Counted from the stretch's first letter, positions 16,936-26,346 are shown. The stretch is DNA of 43,637 nt from Candidatus Harrisonbacteria bacterium (GCA_016867415.1 VGJO01000002.1:72835-116471), one strand, 5' to 3'. Notes: generated from the sequence alone by a model not told the origin. Numbers and translations are program-made.

Positions 16936-16956
16936 CTCATACAAATATCTTCAATT

Positions 16957-17078
16957 CCGCGAAATAATTTTGGAGAATTTTTCGATTTTCTTTTTGAGCA
17001 GCGAGCAGAGCATACTAGGAAAGTCTATGAGCACGTAGCACAGAAAAAAAATCGAAAAAGACCCAAAAGTACGAGCGC
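16957..17078 (+). repeat. ERIC/RPE-like element, copy 6
   Basis: CCGCGAAATA..AGAGCATACTAGGAAAGTCTATGAG..AAAATCGAAAAAGACCCAAAAGTACGAGCGC. Confidence 0.85.
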
Positions 17079-17088
17079 TAAAAAAAGA

Positions 17089-17661
17089 TTATTTTCCCTT
17101 CTCTACCCTTTCTACGTACTCCCCCGTTTCTGTGTTTACTAATACAGTATCCCCAGTACTGATAAACAGCGGCGCCGTCACCTTTGCCCCTGTCTCAAGC
17201 TCGATTAATTTTCGTCCACCACCCGAAGTATCTCCTCGATCATTTGGCGGCGCTTCCTTCACTTTAAATTCCATTTTGATCGGCATGTTGATGGAAATAA
17301 TCCGGTCATTGATCTTCATGGCCGTCATCTCTGTATTTGGCTTGAAAAACTGCCCCCGCTCGCCCACCACATCGCTTTTTAAAGAAAATCGCTTCGCCGG
17401 ATCCTTAGGATCAGAGAAAAAATATTCATCCCGATGATTATAAAGAAACTTCATCGGCTCTTTTTCCACCTCCGCTTCTTCAAAGCTTTCGCTCTGGTGA
17501 ATGTTGCGCTCGGTAATCTTACCGTTTAACAAATTTTTAAACTTTGCCTGCACTACCGCCTTGCGCTGCTGCATCCGCAAAAATGCCGTTTCCAAAACCT
17601 CATACGGCTGATCGTCAATAAGCAATACTTGTCCTTTCTTTAATTCTGTATAGCTAAGCAT
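17089..17661 (-). CDS. efp: Elongation factor P
   Basis: ELKKGQVLLIDDQPYEV, KFKNLLNG, LETGAKVTAPLFISTGDTVLVNTETGEYVER. Confidence 0.93.
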   Translation of the reverse strand: MLSYTELKKGQVLLIDDQPYEVLETAFLRMQQRKAVVQAKFKNLLNGKITERNIHQSESFEEAEVEKEPMKFLYNHRDEYFFSDPKDPAKRFSLKSDVVGERGQFFKPNTEMTAMKINDRIISINMPIKMEFKVKEAPPNDRGDTSGGGRKLIELETGAKVTAPLFISTGDTVLVNTETGEYVERVEKGK

Positions 17662-17847
17662 GATAAATAAAAATAATTATTGAAATAATAGCAAAATAAT
17701 GTTAAAATGTCAAACATAAAAGAATTTAAAGGAATATATCTGCGTTACATTCTGTGCAGGATTCTTGGGCAAGCCTCCACTATTATTTAGCTTATTCAAA
17801 AGGAATAAAATAGAAGAATCAGAAAAGAATATAACAAAGAGAAAGAT

Positions 17848-17942
17848 AAGCGAGGTTTCCCGTTTCTTTTGAGGACAAGACCGGAGCATACTGAGTGGTA
17901 GTATGCGAGGACTTACCGGAGAAAAAAACGGGAAAATTCGCC
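17848..17942 (+). repeat. ERIC/RPE-like element, copy 7 (shorter)
   Basis: AAGCGAGGTTTCCCGTTTC..GGAGCATACTGAGTGGTAGTATGCGAG..AAACGGGAAAATTCGC. Confidence 0.75.
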
Positions 17943-17962
17943 AAAAAGACAAGATCGCAACA

Positions 17963-19069
17963 ATGCAAAAAAAACGAAAGAAAGTTTTTGTTATGTTAAG
18001 TGGCGGAGTCGATTCCTCTGTCAGCGCCCTTCTATTACAAAAACAAGGCTTCGAAGTCATAGCCTGCCACATCAAGGGCTACAACGTGGACGGCTGTGGC
18101 GCCTATGAAGCCGCCGATGCCGCTCGCATTGCCGCTCATCTCAATCTTCCTTTTTATATAGTGAACCTTGAGAAAGAATATAAAAAAATCATTGTCGATA
18201 AAATGCTCGAGGATTACAAGCAGGGCATCACCCCCAATCCTGACTCCGCCTGCAATACGCTTATTAAATTCGGCCTTTTCTATAAGAAGGCTCGTGCTTT
18301 AGGCGCCAATTTTGTCGCTACGGGCCACTACGCCAACACGCAATCAATCCATCGTTCTGGTAAAAAAGTATTCTTAATCAAGCGCGCCAAAGATAAGAAT
18401 AAAGATCAAAGTTATTTTCTTTCTGGTCTCTCACCTGAGGTACTGGAGCATACTCTCTTCCCTCTGGGAAATCTAGAAAAAGACGAGGTGAGAAAAATAG
18501 CCAAAAAATCCGGCCTTTTCACCGCTACCAAAAAAGACTCTCAAGGAATGTGTTTTTTAGGCCAGTTTGATTTCAAAGAGTTTTTAAAAAATAATCTTGG
18601 CACAAAAGTTGGCTCCATAATAGATGAAGAAGGAAACAATATCGGCAGTCATGATGGCGCCCATCTCTACACGATTGGCGAACGCAAAGGCCTAAAAATA
18701 GGCGGGCAAAAATCTACTGCTCGAAAAAGTGCTAAAGGTACTCTCCACCTCCCCTATTATGTCGGCAAAAAAGATATAGAAAAAAATCAGCTTCTTGTCC
18801 TCCAAGATAAAAATCATCCTCTCCTCAAAAAAAAAGAAATTATTCTCAAAAATCTCCGCTTTCATGATCCTTTCTATAAAAGAAAAAAGGAAAGTGAAGT
18901 TTTTGCCCAAATCCGTTATCGAAGCGATGTTAAAAAAGCCCGGATTATTCAACAAAAAGACTCCTCTCTTCTCCGCTTCATTTCTCCCGTAGCCTTTCCT
19001 TCTTCCGGCCAAATAGCTGTTTTTTATAACAAAAAATACCAGTTAATAGGAAATGGGATAATAATCTAA
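17963..19069 (+). CDS. mnmA: tRNA 2-thiouridine(34) synthase MnmA
   Basis: SGGVDSSV, TPNPDSACN, ATGHY, KDQSYFL, DSQGMCF, TIGERKGL. ATG 17963 preferred because 17903 lies inside a repeat. Confidence 0.93.
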   Translation: MQKKRKKVFVMLSGGVDSSVSALLLQKQGFEVIACHIKGYNVDGCGAYEAADAARIAAHLNLPFYIVNLEKEYKKIIVDKMLEDYKQGITPNPDSACNTLIKFGLFYKKARALGANFVATGHYANTQSIHRSGKKVFLIKRAKDKNKDQSYFLSGLSPEVLEHTLFPLGNLEKDEVRKIAKKSGLFTATKKDSQGMCFLGQFDFKEFLKNNLGTKVGSIIDEEGNNIGSHDGAHLYTIGERKGLKIGGQKSTARKSAKGTLHLPYYVGKKDIEKNQLLVLQDKNHPLLKKKEIILKNLRFHDPFYKRKKESEVFAQIRYRSDVKKARIIQQKDSSLLRFISPVAFPSSGQIAVFYNKKYQLIGNGIII

Positions 19070-19076
19070 ATCCTTC

Positions 19077-20441
19077 TTAATCACGGTATATTCCTGGTAG
19101 TATTATCCTTCTATTATTCTGCGATTTTCTGACCCTCCAATAAAAATCAATCCATGCTTTAATTCCTTGTTCATCAATTTCACATTCATCATATTTTTTA
19201 TATTTACCATTTTCCCCGGCTTTAGCACAACAAACCATTTCAGTTGGTGAATTATCAGTTGGTGAATTAAAATTATTATTCGTGCAAGAAAAAGGCTTTG
19301 TCATTCTATCATCTATAGTTCCTAAAGCTAAAAAAGCTCGTATTTTATCTCCATCTTCTTTTGGTAAATTATCTAATTTTGGTAAAATATCTAATTTTGT
19401 TAAAATATCTAAAATCTCCTTAGGATTACTATTTTTAAGTTTTTCGGATATTTTTCCTAGCGTCATTTGATTTTCAGAAGGATTATCACGAGAATAAATA
19501 TTCCCAACACATTCTTTTTTTTCTAATTCTTCACAAATTATAGGTTCACATTTACAGTCTTTCTCTTCCTCTTCTTGACATTCTTTCCATTGATTTCCAT
19601 TTTTTCCACTATCAAAACAACAAATTCCTCTTCCTTGATGATCCGTCCCATCAGCATCTTTTATAAGACATTTATAGCTCTCATTGATACTCGAACATTC
19701 AGCAAAAGATTTTTTTTGTTCATCAGGCATTTCTTTATAATCTGGATTACTCCCTAAGCAATAAGGCCATTTTATAGTAGATGAATTGGAGTTGGGGCCG
19801 CAAGAAATAGTGACAAAAGTTGCCCCAATTAATTTCCGATCGCAAACCGACCCCTGTTTAATTATAATGGAATTAAGACCTTGGGGACCGGAAAAAATTA
19901 TTTCTCTATTTTCATTTTGGGCTAATTGACAAATATATTTTTTTAATTCTCCTAGATTGCTTTCATCTAAGGCAAAACAACTCCCAGTTGTAATACAATA
20001 TGGCGCATCACCTCGTCGGGCAAATCCTGCTATATATTTCCAGGGTTTTCCAAACGGCGTACTATGGCTAATATTCTGTACAGAAAAGCGTTTTTTAAAA
20101 CGATTAAGACAGGAGTTTATACAATCTTCAACTCTTTCTCCTTCATCTTTATTACATTTAATTTGGCAATAAGCTTTTGCATAATCTTTTGCCTTTTTTA
20201 TGTCAGAAAGTCCTACTATTCCACACTCATTGTTATTCTCGTTCTCTTCAGGACAGATTTTACGGCAGTCCTCTTTATCTCTGTCATTTTCAAATACGCA
20301 CAATGTAAATGTAACTTCATTTTCTCCTTCATCAGCCTTCAAAAAAATATTTTTATTTAAAAATAGACTAAAAATAATAATTATAATAATTATAACTAAA
20401 AAAAAACTGATTCTTTTCCGAAAAAAATTATTTCTTCTCAT
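19077..20441 (-). CDS. Cysteine-rich secreted or membrane-anchored hypothetical protein (454 aa, 27 Cys)
   Basis: N-terminal hydrophobic stretch, many Cys, AT-rich DNA; start overlaps the end of the ATPase gene. Confidence 0.7.
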   Translation of the reverse strand: MRRNNFFRKRISFFLVIIIIIIIFSLFLNKNIFLKADEGENEVTFTLCVFENDRDKEDCRKICPEENENNNECGIVGLSDIKKAKDYAKAYCQIKCNKDEGERVEDCINSCLNRFKKRFSVQNISHSTPFGKPWKYIAGFARRGDAPYCITTGSCFALDESNLGELKKYICQLAQNENREIIFSGPQGLNSIIIKQGSVCDRKLIGATFVTISCGPNSNSSTIKWPYCLGSNPDYKEMPDEQKKSFAECSSINESYKCLIKDADGTDHQGRGICCFDSGKNGNQWKECQEEEEKDCKCEPIICEELEKKECVGNIYSRDNPSENQMTLGKISEKLKNSNPKEILDILTKLDILPKLDNLPKEDGDKIRAFLALGTIDDRMTKPFSCTNNNFNSPTDNSPTEMVCCAKAGENGKYKKYDECEIDEQGIKAWIDFYWRVRKSQNNRRIILPGIYRD

Positions 20442-22353
20442 TCTTTTTTATTGCTTGATGAATAAGAGACTTAAGCGAAGTAAAATCCACTTTCTTTTCC
20501 TCTATCTCCGGCTCATCCTCTTCTTTTTCTCCCATCTCTTCAATCGGTGCCAAAAGTTGGCTCTTTTCTTGAGATGAAACGAGGGGAGGAGAAAAAACCG
20601 TCGCCTCTTTCTTAATCGGATGGAGAGATTTATTTCCTTGATCCATCTTACCGCTCCCTGCTATTTCACGCAAAATATCCGCCGCTACCTCATCAAATAT
20701 ATTTTTTGATTGTGCTAAAGCTTCTGGAAGAATCACTGTTTTTCCCTCTTCCCTTTTTTTCTCCCAGATTTCTTCTTTACGAATTTCCGGCCGACCCTCA
20801 ATTCGCTCCTCCTCTTTTTTTAAAAAAGGTTTTTCAAATTGTGGCATTTCCTTTCGAGGATAAAAATCGGTTATTTGTCTCTCTTTCATCTGCATCCTTT
20901 GCCTGCTTTGACTGCCTCTATTCATCGGTCCCAGATTACTATTTTCTTCTGGTCTCTTTTTTAAAAAATCACCATTTTCATTTCTATTTATCCGTCTTTC
21001 CCCCTTCACTTCACGAAGCGGTTTTTCCTGTTTCTTATTAAAAATATTTTTTTGATTTTCTTGATTAGTCGGCATCCACTCGCTCGCAATCTGACTATCT
21101 ACATTAGCTTTCGGCACTCCGTACACCCGCCGGGTGTTTTGAAGAATCACATCATGGTAATTTACCTTCGGCTTCGGCGGTGGTGGTAGAGTGATAGCCG
21201 CAAATGGCCGAGAGGCCACACCATCAATCATGAGCTTGATATAGACGTTATAGCGATCAAGATTGACCAAATCATTCGCCATAAATTCCGGCTCAAATTC
21301 TTTTTCGACAAATTCCGCGTCCGTTGCCCCAATGCGGAAAATAACCATCGTTCCCACATTACCAAAAATCGCCGACCTCACCGTACTCTTCCCTTCTTCA
21401 TCGAGCTGATTCAAATATTGATTCGCCAAGATAAGCGACAAACGATATTTTCTTGCCTCAGAAAGAATGGTAGAAAAAGACTCCGTCGCAAAGTTTTGAA
21501 ATTCATCAACATAAAGATAAAAGTCCCGCCGACTTGATTCCGGAATATCCACCCGACTCATTGCCGCAAGCTGAAGCTTGGTAATCACCATTGCTCCTAA
21601 AAGCGCCGAATTATCCTCTCCAATCTTTCCTTTGGAAAGATTGAAGATCATGATCTTTCCCTCATCCATCGCTTTCCGCATATTAATCGTCGAGTGCGAT
21701 TGACCAAGAATATTACGAATGAGTGGATTGCTCACAAACTGTCCCACTTTGTTTTGAATCGCCGCCGTCGCCTCCGTCTCAAATTTCTGGCTATACGCCG
21801 CAAATTCCTTCGTCCAGAAAGATTTGATTACTGGATCCTTCAAGTCCTTCACAATATCTGCTCGGTATTCTTTGTCATTGAGCATTCTCTGAATTCCAAG
21901 AAGTGTCGTCCCCGGCGTCTCAAGTAGCGCGAGAAGAGTATTATTCAAAATATATTGCATTCTCGCCGACCAGGCATCAGCCCAGATTTTTTTAAATACA
22001 CCCATCATGGATGAGGCCACCAAGTGGCGAAAATCTGCCGACACCGACTCAAGCGGATTAAAAGCGATCGGATACTGCATATCCGACGGATCGAAATAAA
22101 TAACATCATTAAGACGATGCTCTGGAATATATTCGAGTAATCGCTCCGCCGATTCACCATGCGGATCTAAAAAAGCGATTCCATTGCCCGCCGTAATATC
22201 ATTAATCGCCTGATTTTCCAAGAATGTTGACTTCCCTACACCAGTTTTTCCCAGCACATACACATGTCTTCGCCTATCATCAAGCTTGATTCCAAAAGCC
22301 CGTCTTACTCCCCGGAAATTAGTCTCCCCCAAGACTGTAATCTTCTCCTGCAT
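20428..22353 (-). CDS. VirD4/VirB4/HerA-like P-loop ATPase (CPR 'type IV secretion DNA-binding domain' family)
   Basis: RRRHVYVLGKTGVGKST, LDPHG, LYVDEFQNF, SEARKYRLSLILANQY, FGNVGTMVIFRIG. Start set at ATG 22353. Confidence 0.85.
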   Translation of the reverse strand: MQEKITVLGETNFRGVRRAFGIKLDDRRRHVYVLGKTGVGKSTFLENQAINDITAGNGIAFLDPHGESAERLLEYIPEHRLNDVIYFDPSDMQYPIAFNPLESVSADFRHLVASSMMGVFKKIWADAWSARMQYILNNTLLALLETPGTTLLGIQRMLNDKEYRADIVKDLKDPVIKSFWTKEFAAYSQKFETEATAAIQNKVGQFVSNPLIRNILGQSHSTINMRKAMDEGKIMIFNLSKGKIGEDNSALLGAMVITKLQLAAMSRVDIPESSRRDFYLYVDEFQNFATESFSTILSEARKYRLSLILANQYLNQLDEEGKSTVRSAIFGNVGTMVIFRIGATDAEFVEKEFEPEFMANDLVNLDRYNVYIKLMIDGVASRPFAAITLPPPPKPKVNYHDVILQNTRRVYGVPKANVDSQIASEWMPTNQENQKNIFNKKQEKPLREVKGERRINRNENGDFLKKRPEENSNLGPMNRGSQSRQRMQMKERQITDFYPRKEMPQFEKPFLKKEEERIEGRPEIRKEEIWEKKREEGKTVILPEALAQSKNIFDEVAADILREIAGSGKMDQGNKSLHPIKKEATVFSPPLVSSQEKSQLLAPIEEMGEKEEDEPEIEEKKVDFTSLKSLIHQAIKKNEKK

Positions 22354-22395
22354 ACTCTTTATAAAATACCACACTTTTAATCTGCAATAAAAAAA

Positions 22396-22600
22396 GCCCT
22401 GCACCATTTTTATGCGAGGAATAGTCCTGTACCAGACAGTGCAGAGCAAAGGACAAAAACTAAAGATCAAAAACCAAAAGCTCCAAGCCTGAAGAGTCAA
22501 AGCTACTTGCGGAAGGCAAACCAATCGTTCTGGTCGTTGAAGTAGCTGACCCAAGCCAGGCGTGCCCCGCGTCGCCCCAGCACATATTGCATGTCCGCAC
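22396..22600 (-). pseudogene. Probable 3' relic of a DGR-target-like gene (VR-like end, heptamer tract, hairpin)
   Basis: VRTCNMCWGDAGHAWLG/VSYFNDQNDWFAFRK* with a 1-nt frameshift; ~7-nt periodic nCTTTG tract after the stop; 10-bp stem at 22396-22447. Confidence 0.45.
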
Positions 22601-22721
22601 CCGCAAGATTTTTCGAATATATTTCAATTTTCTTTGCGAGCAGCGAATGGAGCATACTGGATCTGAATGTGTAAGCACACAGCGCAACAAAAAAATGAAA
22701 ATAACTGAAAAAGACCAGTGC
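22601..22721 (+). repeat. ERIC/RPE-like element, copy 8
   Basis: CCGCAAGATTTTTCG..GGAGCATACTGGATCTGAATGTGTAAGCACACAGCGC..GAAAAAGACCAGTGC. Confidence 0.8.
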
Positions 22722-22725
22722 CTCT

Positions 22726-24012
22726 CTACGTAGGTAAATTTGTTGGAGGTGTGCCACGGCGAAAATCGATGCTCTGCAACCCTGGCGCCACCACAATCTC
22801 CGTCGGGAAATGATAAAGGGAGGCAAGCTCCTCCGTATTTAAGACAGGTAACTTTTTCTCTGGTCGCCGCCTGATATACCCCTCATACAAATTTCGCTTC
22901 TTAGAATGCAGTCGCCGGCTCTTTTCAAATTCCATATGCTTGAAATGACCTCGTAAGATCGGAAGAGTGTCCATATTTGGTTTAAAGCCATTAAGATTCA
23001 ATGAATTATATTGGCGAAATATCGACATCATGGCGGAAATATTTCCGCCATTAAAAGAAGTTTTTGAAGCGATATAAAGAAACCGAATCTCCGTCTCAAA
23101 GCCCAGCTTAGCAATCTTCTCCTCAATCGCTCGCACTCGTTCTTTTTCTCCGTCAGTCATCCAGGCCAAATTAACCTTCTCTTCTTCTTTTGGCTTCTCT
23201 TCCTCAAACTTCACCTCAAAGGTAAAAGGGAATTTGAGAATTACTTTAATAAACTCCCAGACCTCTTGGGTAAAACTTTTTTTCTTTTTCTTTGTCGCCT
23301 TGCGATTGATCACCTTATCCCGCTCCTCCTCCGCATTCTTTTTCCACTCATCGCCCGTCGGCTTCAAAATCATCTGAAACCAAATCCGTTCATCCCCAGA
23401 AAGACGTGACATTAATTCCAAGAGAGTCGAGATCGTATCGATCTTCTCTTCCGGCTCCCGTAAATCAAAATTTTTATAGGTATTTATTGGATAGGCATTA
23501 TCCGCCGCGAGTACAATATCCGCGCCAAAAAGATCATACTTCGAATTAGGCACTACAACTGGAAGCTCTTTTGTATAATCATCCACCTTCTCGATCTCCG
23601 CGTCCGGATATTCGGCATACACCGCCGACTCAAACATCGGCCGATACTTCTCCTGGATCCGAGCATACATCGAAACTCCCATCGCATCTCCCACAATCTC
23701 AAAGGAATGAGCATCCTCCGACTTTCCTACAATATTTTTATCCCACCAATCAAAACCAAAGGAATATGTGGAGTGCATAGCCGCAAAAATACGCTCCATC
23801 GATTGCGGCGTCCTCTTCACATCCCGTGGTGTCCGAATCCGCAAAAGCACCCACTTTAAGCCTCTCGCATAAAAAAACTTATTTCCTCCTACAAACAACC
23901 GCCACCACCAAGAAATAGCAATCGCAGGCAAAATAATCCACCAGATCCGCTGGAAGATTACCCCCATCAAATACCCTATCTGCTCAAAAAACGCCTGGAC
24001 CGACAGCTCCAT
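22726..24012 (-). CDS. Conserved hypothetical membrane-anchored partner of the ATPase
   Basis: N-terminal TM, SFEIVG, AEYPDAEIEKVDDY, YPINTY, W.QMILKP, LNTEELASLYHFP; a pattern recalled from CPR proteins upstream of such ATPases. Confidence 0.75.
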   Translation of the reverse strand: MELSVQAFFEQIGYLMGVIFQRIWWIILPAIAISWWWRLFVGGNKFFYARGLKWVLLRIRTPRDVKRTPQSMERIFAAMHSTYSFGFDWWDKNIVGKSEDAHSFEIVGDAMGVSMYARIQEKYRPMFESAVYAEYPDAEIEKVDDYTKELPVVVPNSKYDLFGADIVLAADNAYPINTYKNFDLREPEEKIDTISTLLELMSRLSGDERIWFQMILKPTGDEWKKNAEEERDKVINRKATKKKKKSFTQEVWEFIKVILKFPFTFEVKFEEEKPKEEEKVNLAWMTDGEKERVRAIEEKIAKLGFETEIRFLYIASKTSFNGGNISAMMSIFRQYNSLNLNGFKPNMDTLPILRGHFKHMEFEKSRRLHSKKRNLYEGYIRRRPEKKLPVLNTEELASLYHFPTEIVVAPGLQSIDFRRGTPPTNLPT

Positions 24013-24060
24013 ACCTATCTTATAATCACCTTCTATTATATCTCATTTCCTCCACTTAAT

Positions 24061-24088
24061 AAAAAACACCCTTCAAAGAGTGTTTTTT
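24061..24088. terminator. Probable terminator
   Basis: AAAAAACAC-N10-GTGTTTTTT. Confidence 0.45.
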
Positions 24089-24177
24089 AAAGATTTCAGA
24101 ATCACCGTAAATAATAAAATTATTCTGAAGCATTACAGAATTTTCCGATTTTCTTTCGTCACATCAGCACCTAACAT

Positions 24178-24301
24178 AAGCGAAGTAATTTTGAGTTTAT
24201 TTTCGTTCTTCTTTTTCAAAAAGCCACCGGAGCATACTACGGGAAATATGCGAGGAGGATTTTTGGAAAAAAGAATAAAAAGAAGCCAAAAGTACGAGCG
24301 C
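24178..24301 (+). repeat. ERIC/RPE-like element, copy 9
   Basis: AAGCGAAGTAATTTTG..GGAGCATACTACGGGAAATATGCGAG..CCAAAAGTACGAGCGC. Confidence 0.85.
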
Positions 24302-24308
24302 TAATCAA

Positions 24309-25349
24309 CTAGGCTTCGCGGATTTGATATTTCCCTTCTATATTCCGTTGAAAGTACTTCTTATCCTGTAAATTCAAAATTAATGTATTCTCCTTAAACA
24401 TCCGCTCCTCAAGCACAAGCTTGATGAGATTGCGAGACGTCTGGGGCCCATTCTTCTTCAAGACCTGAGTGATCACCTCTCGTGCCGTACCCGCCATAAT
24501 ATTAAATTCCTTAAGTCCATATGTACCCCGGCCCACAAGCACAAATCGATCATCTTTAATAAGTTCGTTATGCACCGTCTGCGCGTTCGTCTTCTTATTT
24601 GGTCGAATTTCGTTAATCCGCTCGGTAAGCTCGATAAAGTGGAGTGGCTTACCATTTTTGCGAAGTACGAGATAAGCCCAGTCGCGAGAGGTCTTTGGCA
24701 CTATCTCCGACCACTCAGAAAGACCGAAATCATTATAGACATTATGAGCAAACTTCTTAGAAATACCCAAATAATTGGTAACTAAAGTATCTGAATAATG
24801 AAAACCATTCTTTGCATCAGAAAAGACTACTTCAAATTGATTAGACGAAAGTACCTCGCTCTTCCGATTCTTGATATTCTGATATATTCGCTCAATTACC
24901 TCATCCGCCTTAGTTATATTCTCCTTTGTAAGATACCAAAAAGCATTAAAATCATTGTCTTCTGGATGGAAAGAAAACCTTCCCGAACCCTCCATAATAA
25001 ACGCTACTTTATTTTCATACGTAGCCGGAGTCGAGGAAAAAAGTGAATCTTGAAAGTCATTCTTAAGATCTGCATTCGATCGGACGCCATGAAAGGTGGT
25101 CAAATGGTCATAAATAAAGGCAACCACTTTAGCAAGTTCTCCCTTCTCAAAACCCGGCTTAATCTGAGTCAAAGCCAAAGCTTCGACCTGACGAATTCTT
25201 TCTCTCGTGACATTATATTTGTCTCCGATAGCTGCCAAAGTCATAGGATCTCCAGTTTCTAAGCCAAATCTACCAATAATCACATCCCGCTGTCGGGGTG
25301 AAAGATCAGCAAGAAGTCCTTCGATTATTATATCTATATTGCACTTCAT
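24309..25349 (-). CDS. Sigma-70 region 4 plus RNAP-delta/HARE-like HTH domain protein
   Basis: LSPRQRDVIIGRFGL..TLAAIGDKYNVTRERIRQVE; C-terminal AYLVLRKNGKPLHF..VHNELIKDDRFVLVGRGTYGL. Confidence 0.8.
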   Translation of the reverse strand: MKCNIDIIIEGLLADLSPRQRDVIIGRFGLETGDPMTLAAIGDKYNVTRERIRQVEALALTQIKPGFEKGELAKVVAFIYDHLTTFHGVRSNADLKNDFQDSLFSSTPATYENKVAFIMEGSGRFSFHPEDNDFNAFWYLTKENITKADEVIERIYQNIKNRKSEVLSSNQFEVVFSDAKNGFHYSDTLVTNYLGISKKFAHNVYNDFGLSEWSEIVPKTSRDWAYLVLRKNGKPLHFIELTERINEIRPNKKTNAQTVHNELIKDDRFVLVGRGTYGLKEFNIMAGTAREVITQVLKKNGPQTSRNLIKLVLEERMFKENTLILNLQDKKYFQRNIEGKYQIREA

Positions 25350-25448
25350 AACTTTTTAGTATCCCTTAGATATTTATTTAATTTTACCATACCTTTATTA
25401 TACGGTCAATAGATATAAATCTATTTAAATTTCGGTCTTATGAATGAT

Positions 25449-26339
25449 TCATAGACGACGTTTTTCCATTATAGTAAGCAATGAACTGGCCAAAAAAATG
25501 GAGGAATATGTCCCAAAAAATACTCCCACGAGAATAGTTAGTGAGAAATAAAAGAGAGATGCTGGTCCAAAAAAGACAAGTGCCAGCAAAGTAAAGATGA
25601 GAGTCAGAGAAGTATTAATCGAACGAGCTAAAGTCTCATTCAAACTGGTATTCACAATCTCTGAAAAACTTTTCCCGCTCATTCGGTGAAGATTCTCCCG
25701 AGTTCTATCAATCACAACAATCGTGTCATGTACAGAAAAACCAATAATCGCAAGAATCGCCACCACAATCGTCACCCCCACTTCTACCCCTCGCGTATGG
25801 CCAAGATATGCTAGAAGTCCCAAAGGAATAATCACATCATGAAAAAGAGTGAGAATTGTCACGAAAGCGTAGGTAAAGACCGAGACTTTCCCCGTTGCTT
25901 TCCGAAAAGCAAAGGAGACATAAAGAGAGATTACAAAAAGTACGAGAAAAAAAGCAATAAAAGAGTTCGTTCTCAGCTCTTCCCCCACCGCTGGTCCAAA
26001 AGACTCATACCGGACCTCCTCTACCTTACCAAACTTCGCGCTAAGATCGGTAAGGATTTTTTTATGATCCGCTTCCGAAAGTTCAGCTGTCCGTAAGGTA
26101 TATACTTTATTAGTTAGATCCTGAACAACAGTAATATCTTCTCGCTTCAGATCCTTCTCTAAAAATATCCGGACCGTCTCCGCTTGCACCTCATCCTCCA
26201 TCCGAACGCTCATAATCGAACCGCCAGCAAAATCAATTCCTTCCTTGATTCCATAGCCAAAAATGGCAAAAAGAGAAAGGATAACCAGAAGAAGAGAAAA
26301 ACCAAAGTACCAATTCCGATATCTAATTATTTGCAACAT
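25449..26339 (-). CDS. secF: Protein translocase subunit SecF
   Basis: GIDFAGGS, FGPAVGEEL, LFHDV, GFSVHDTIVVIDRTREN, LARSINTS, GTYSSIF. Confidence 0.95.
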   Translation of the reverse strand: MLQIIRYRNWYFGFSLLLVILSLFAIFGYGIKEGIDFAGGSIMSVRMEDEVQAETVRIFLEKDLKREDITVVQDLTNKVYTLRTAELSEADHKKILTDLSAKFGKVEEVRYESFGPAVGEELRTNSFIAFFLVLFVISLYVSFAFRKATGKVSVFTYAFVTILTLFHDVIIPLGLLAYLGHTRGVEVGVTIVVAILAIIGFSVHDTIVVIDRTRENLHRMSGKSFSEIVNTSLNETLARSINTSLTLIFTLLALVFFGPASLFYFSLTILVGVFFGTYSSIFLASSLLTIMEKRRL

Positions 26340-26346
26340 AGTTTTT

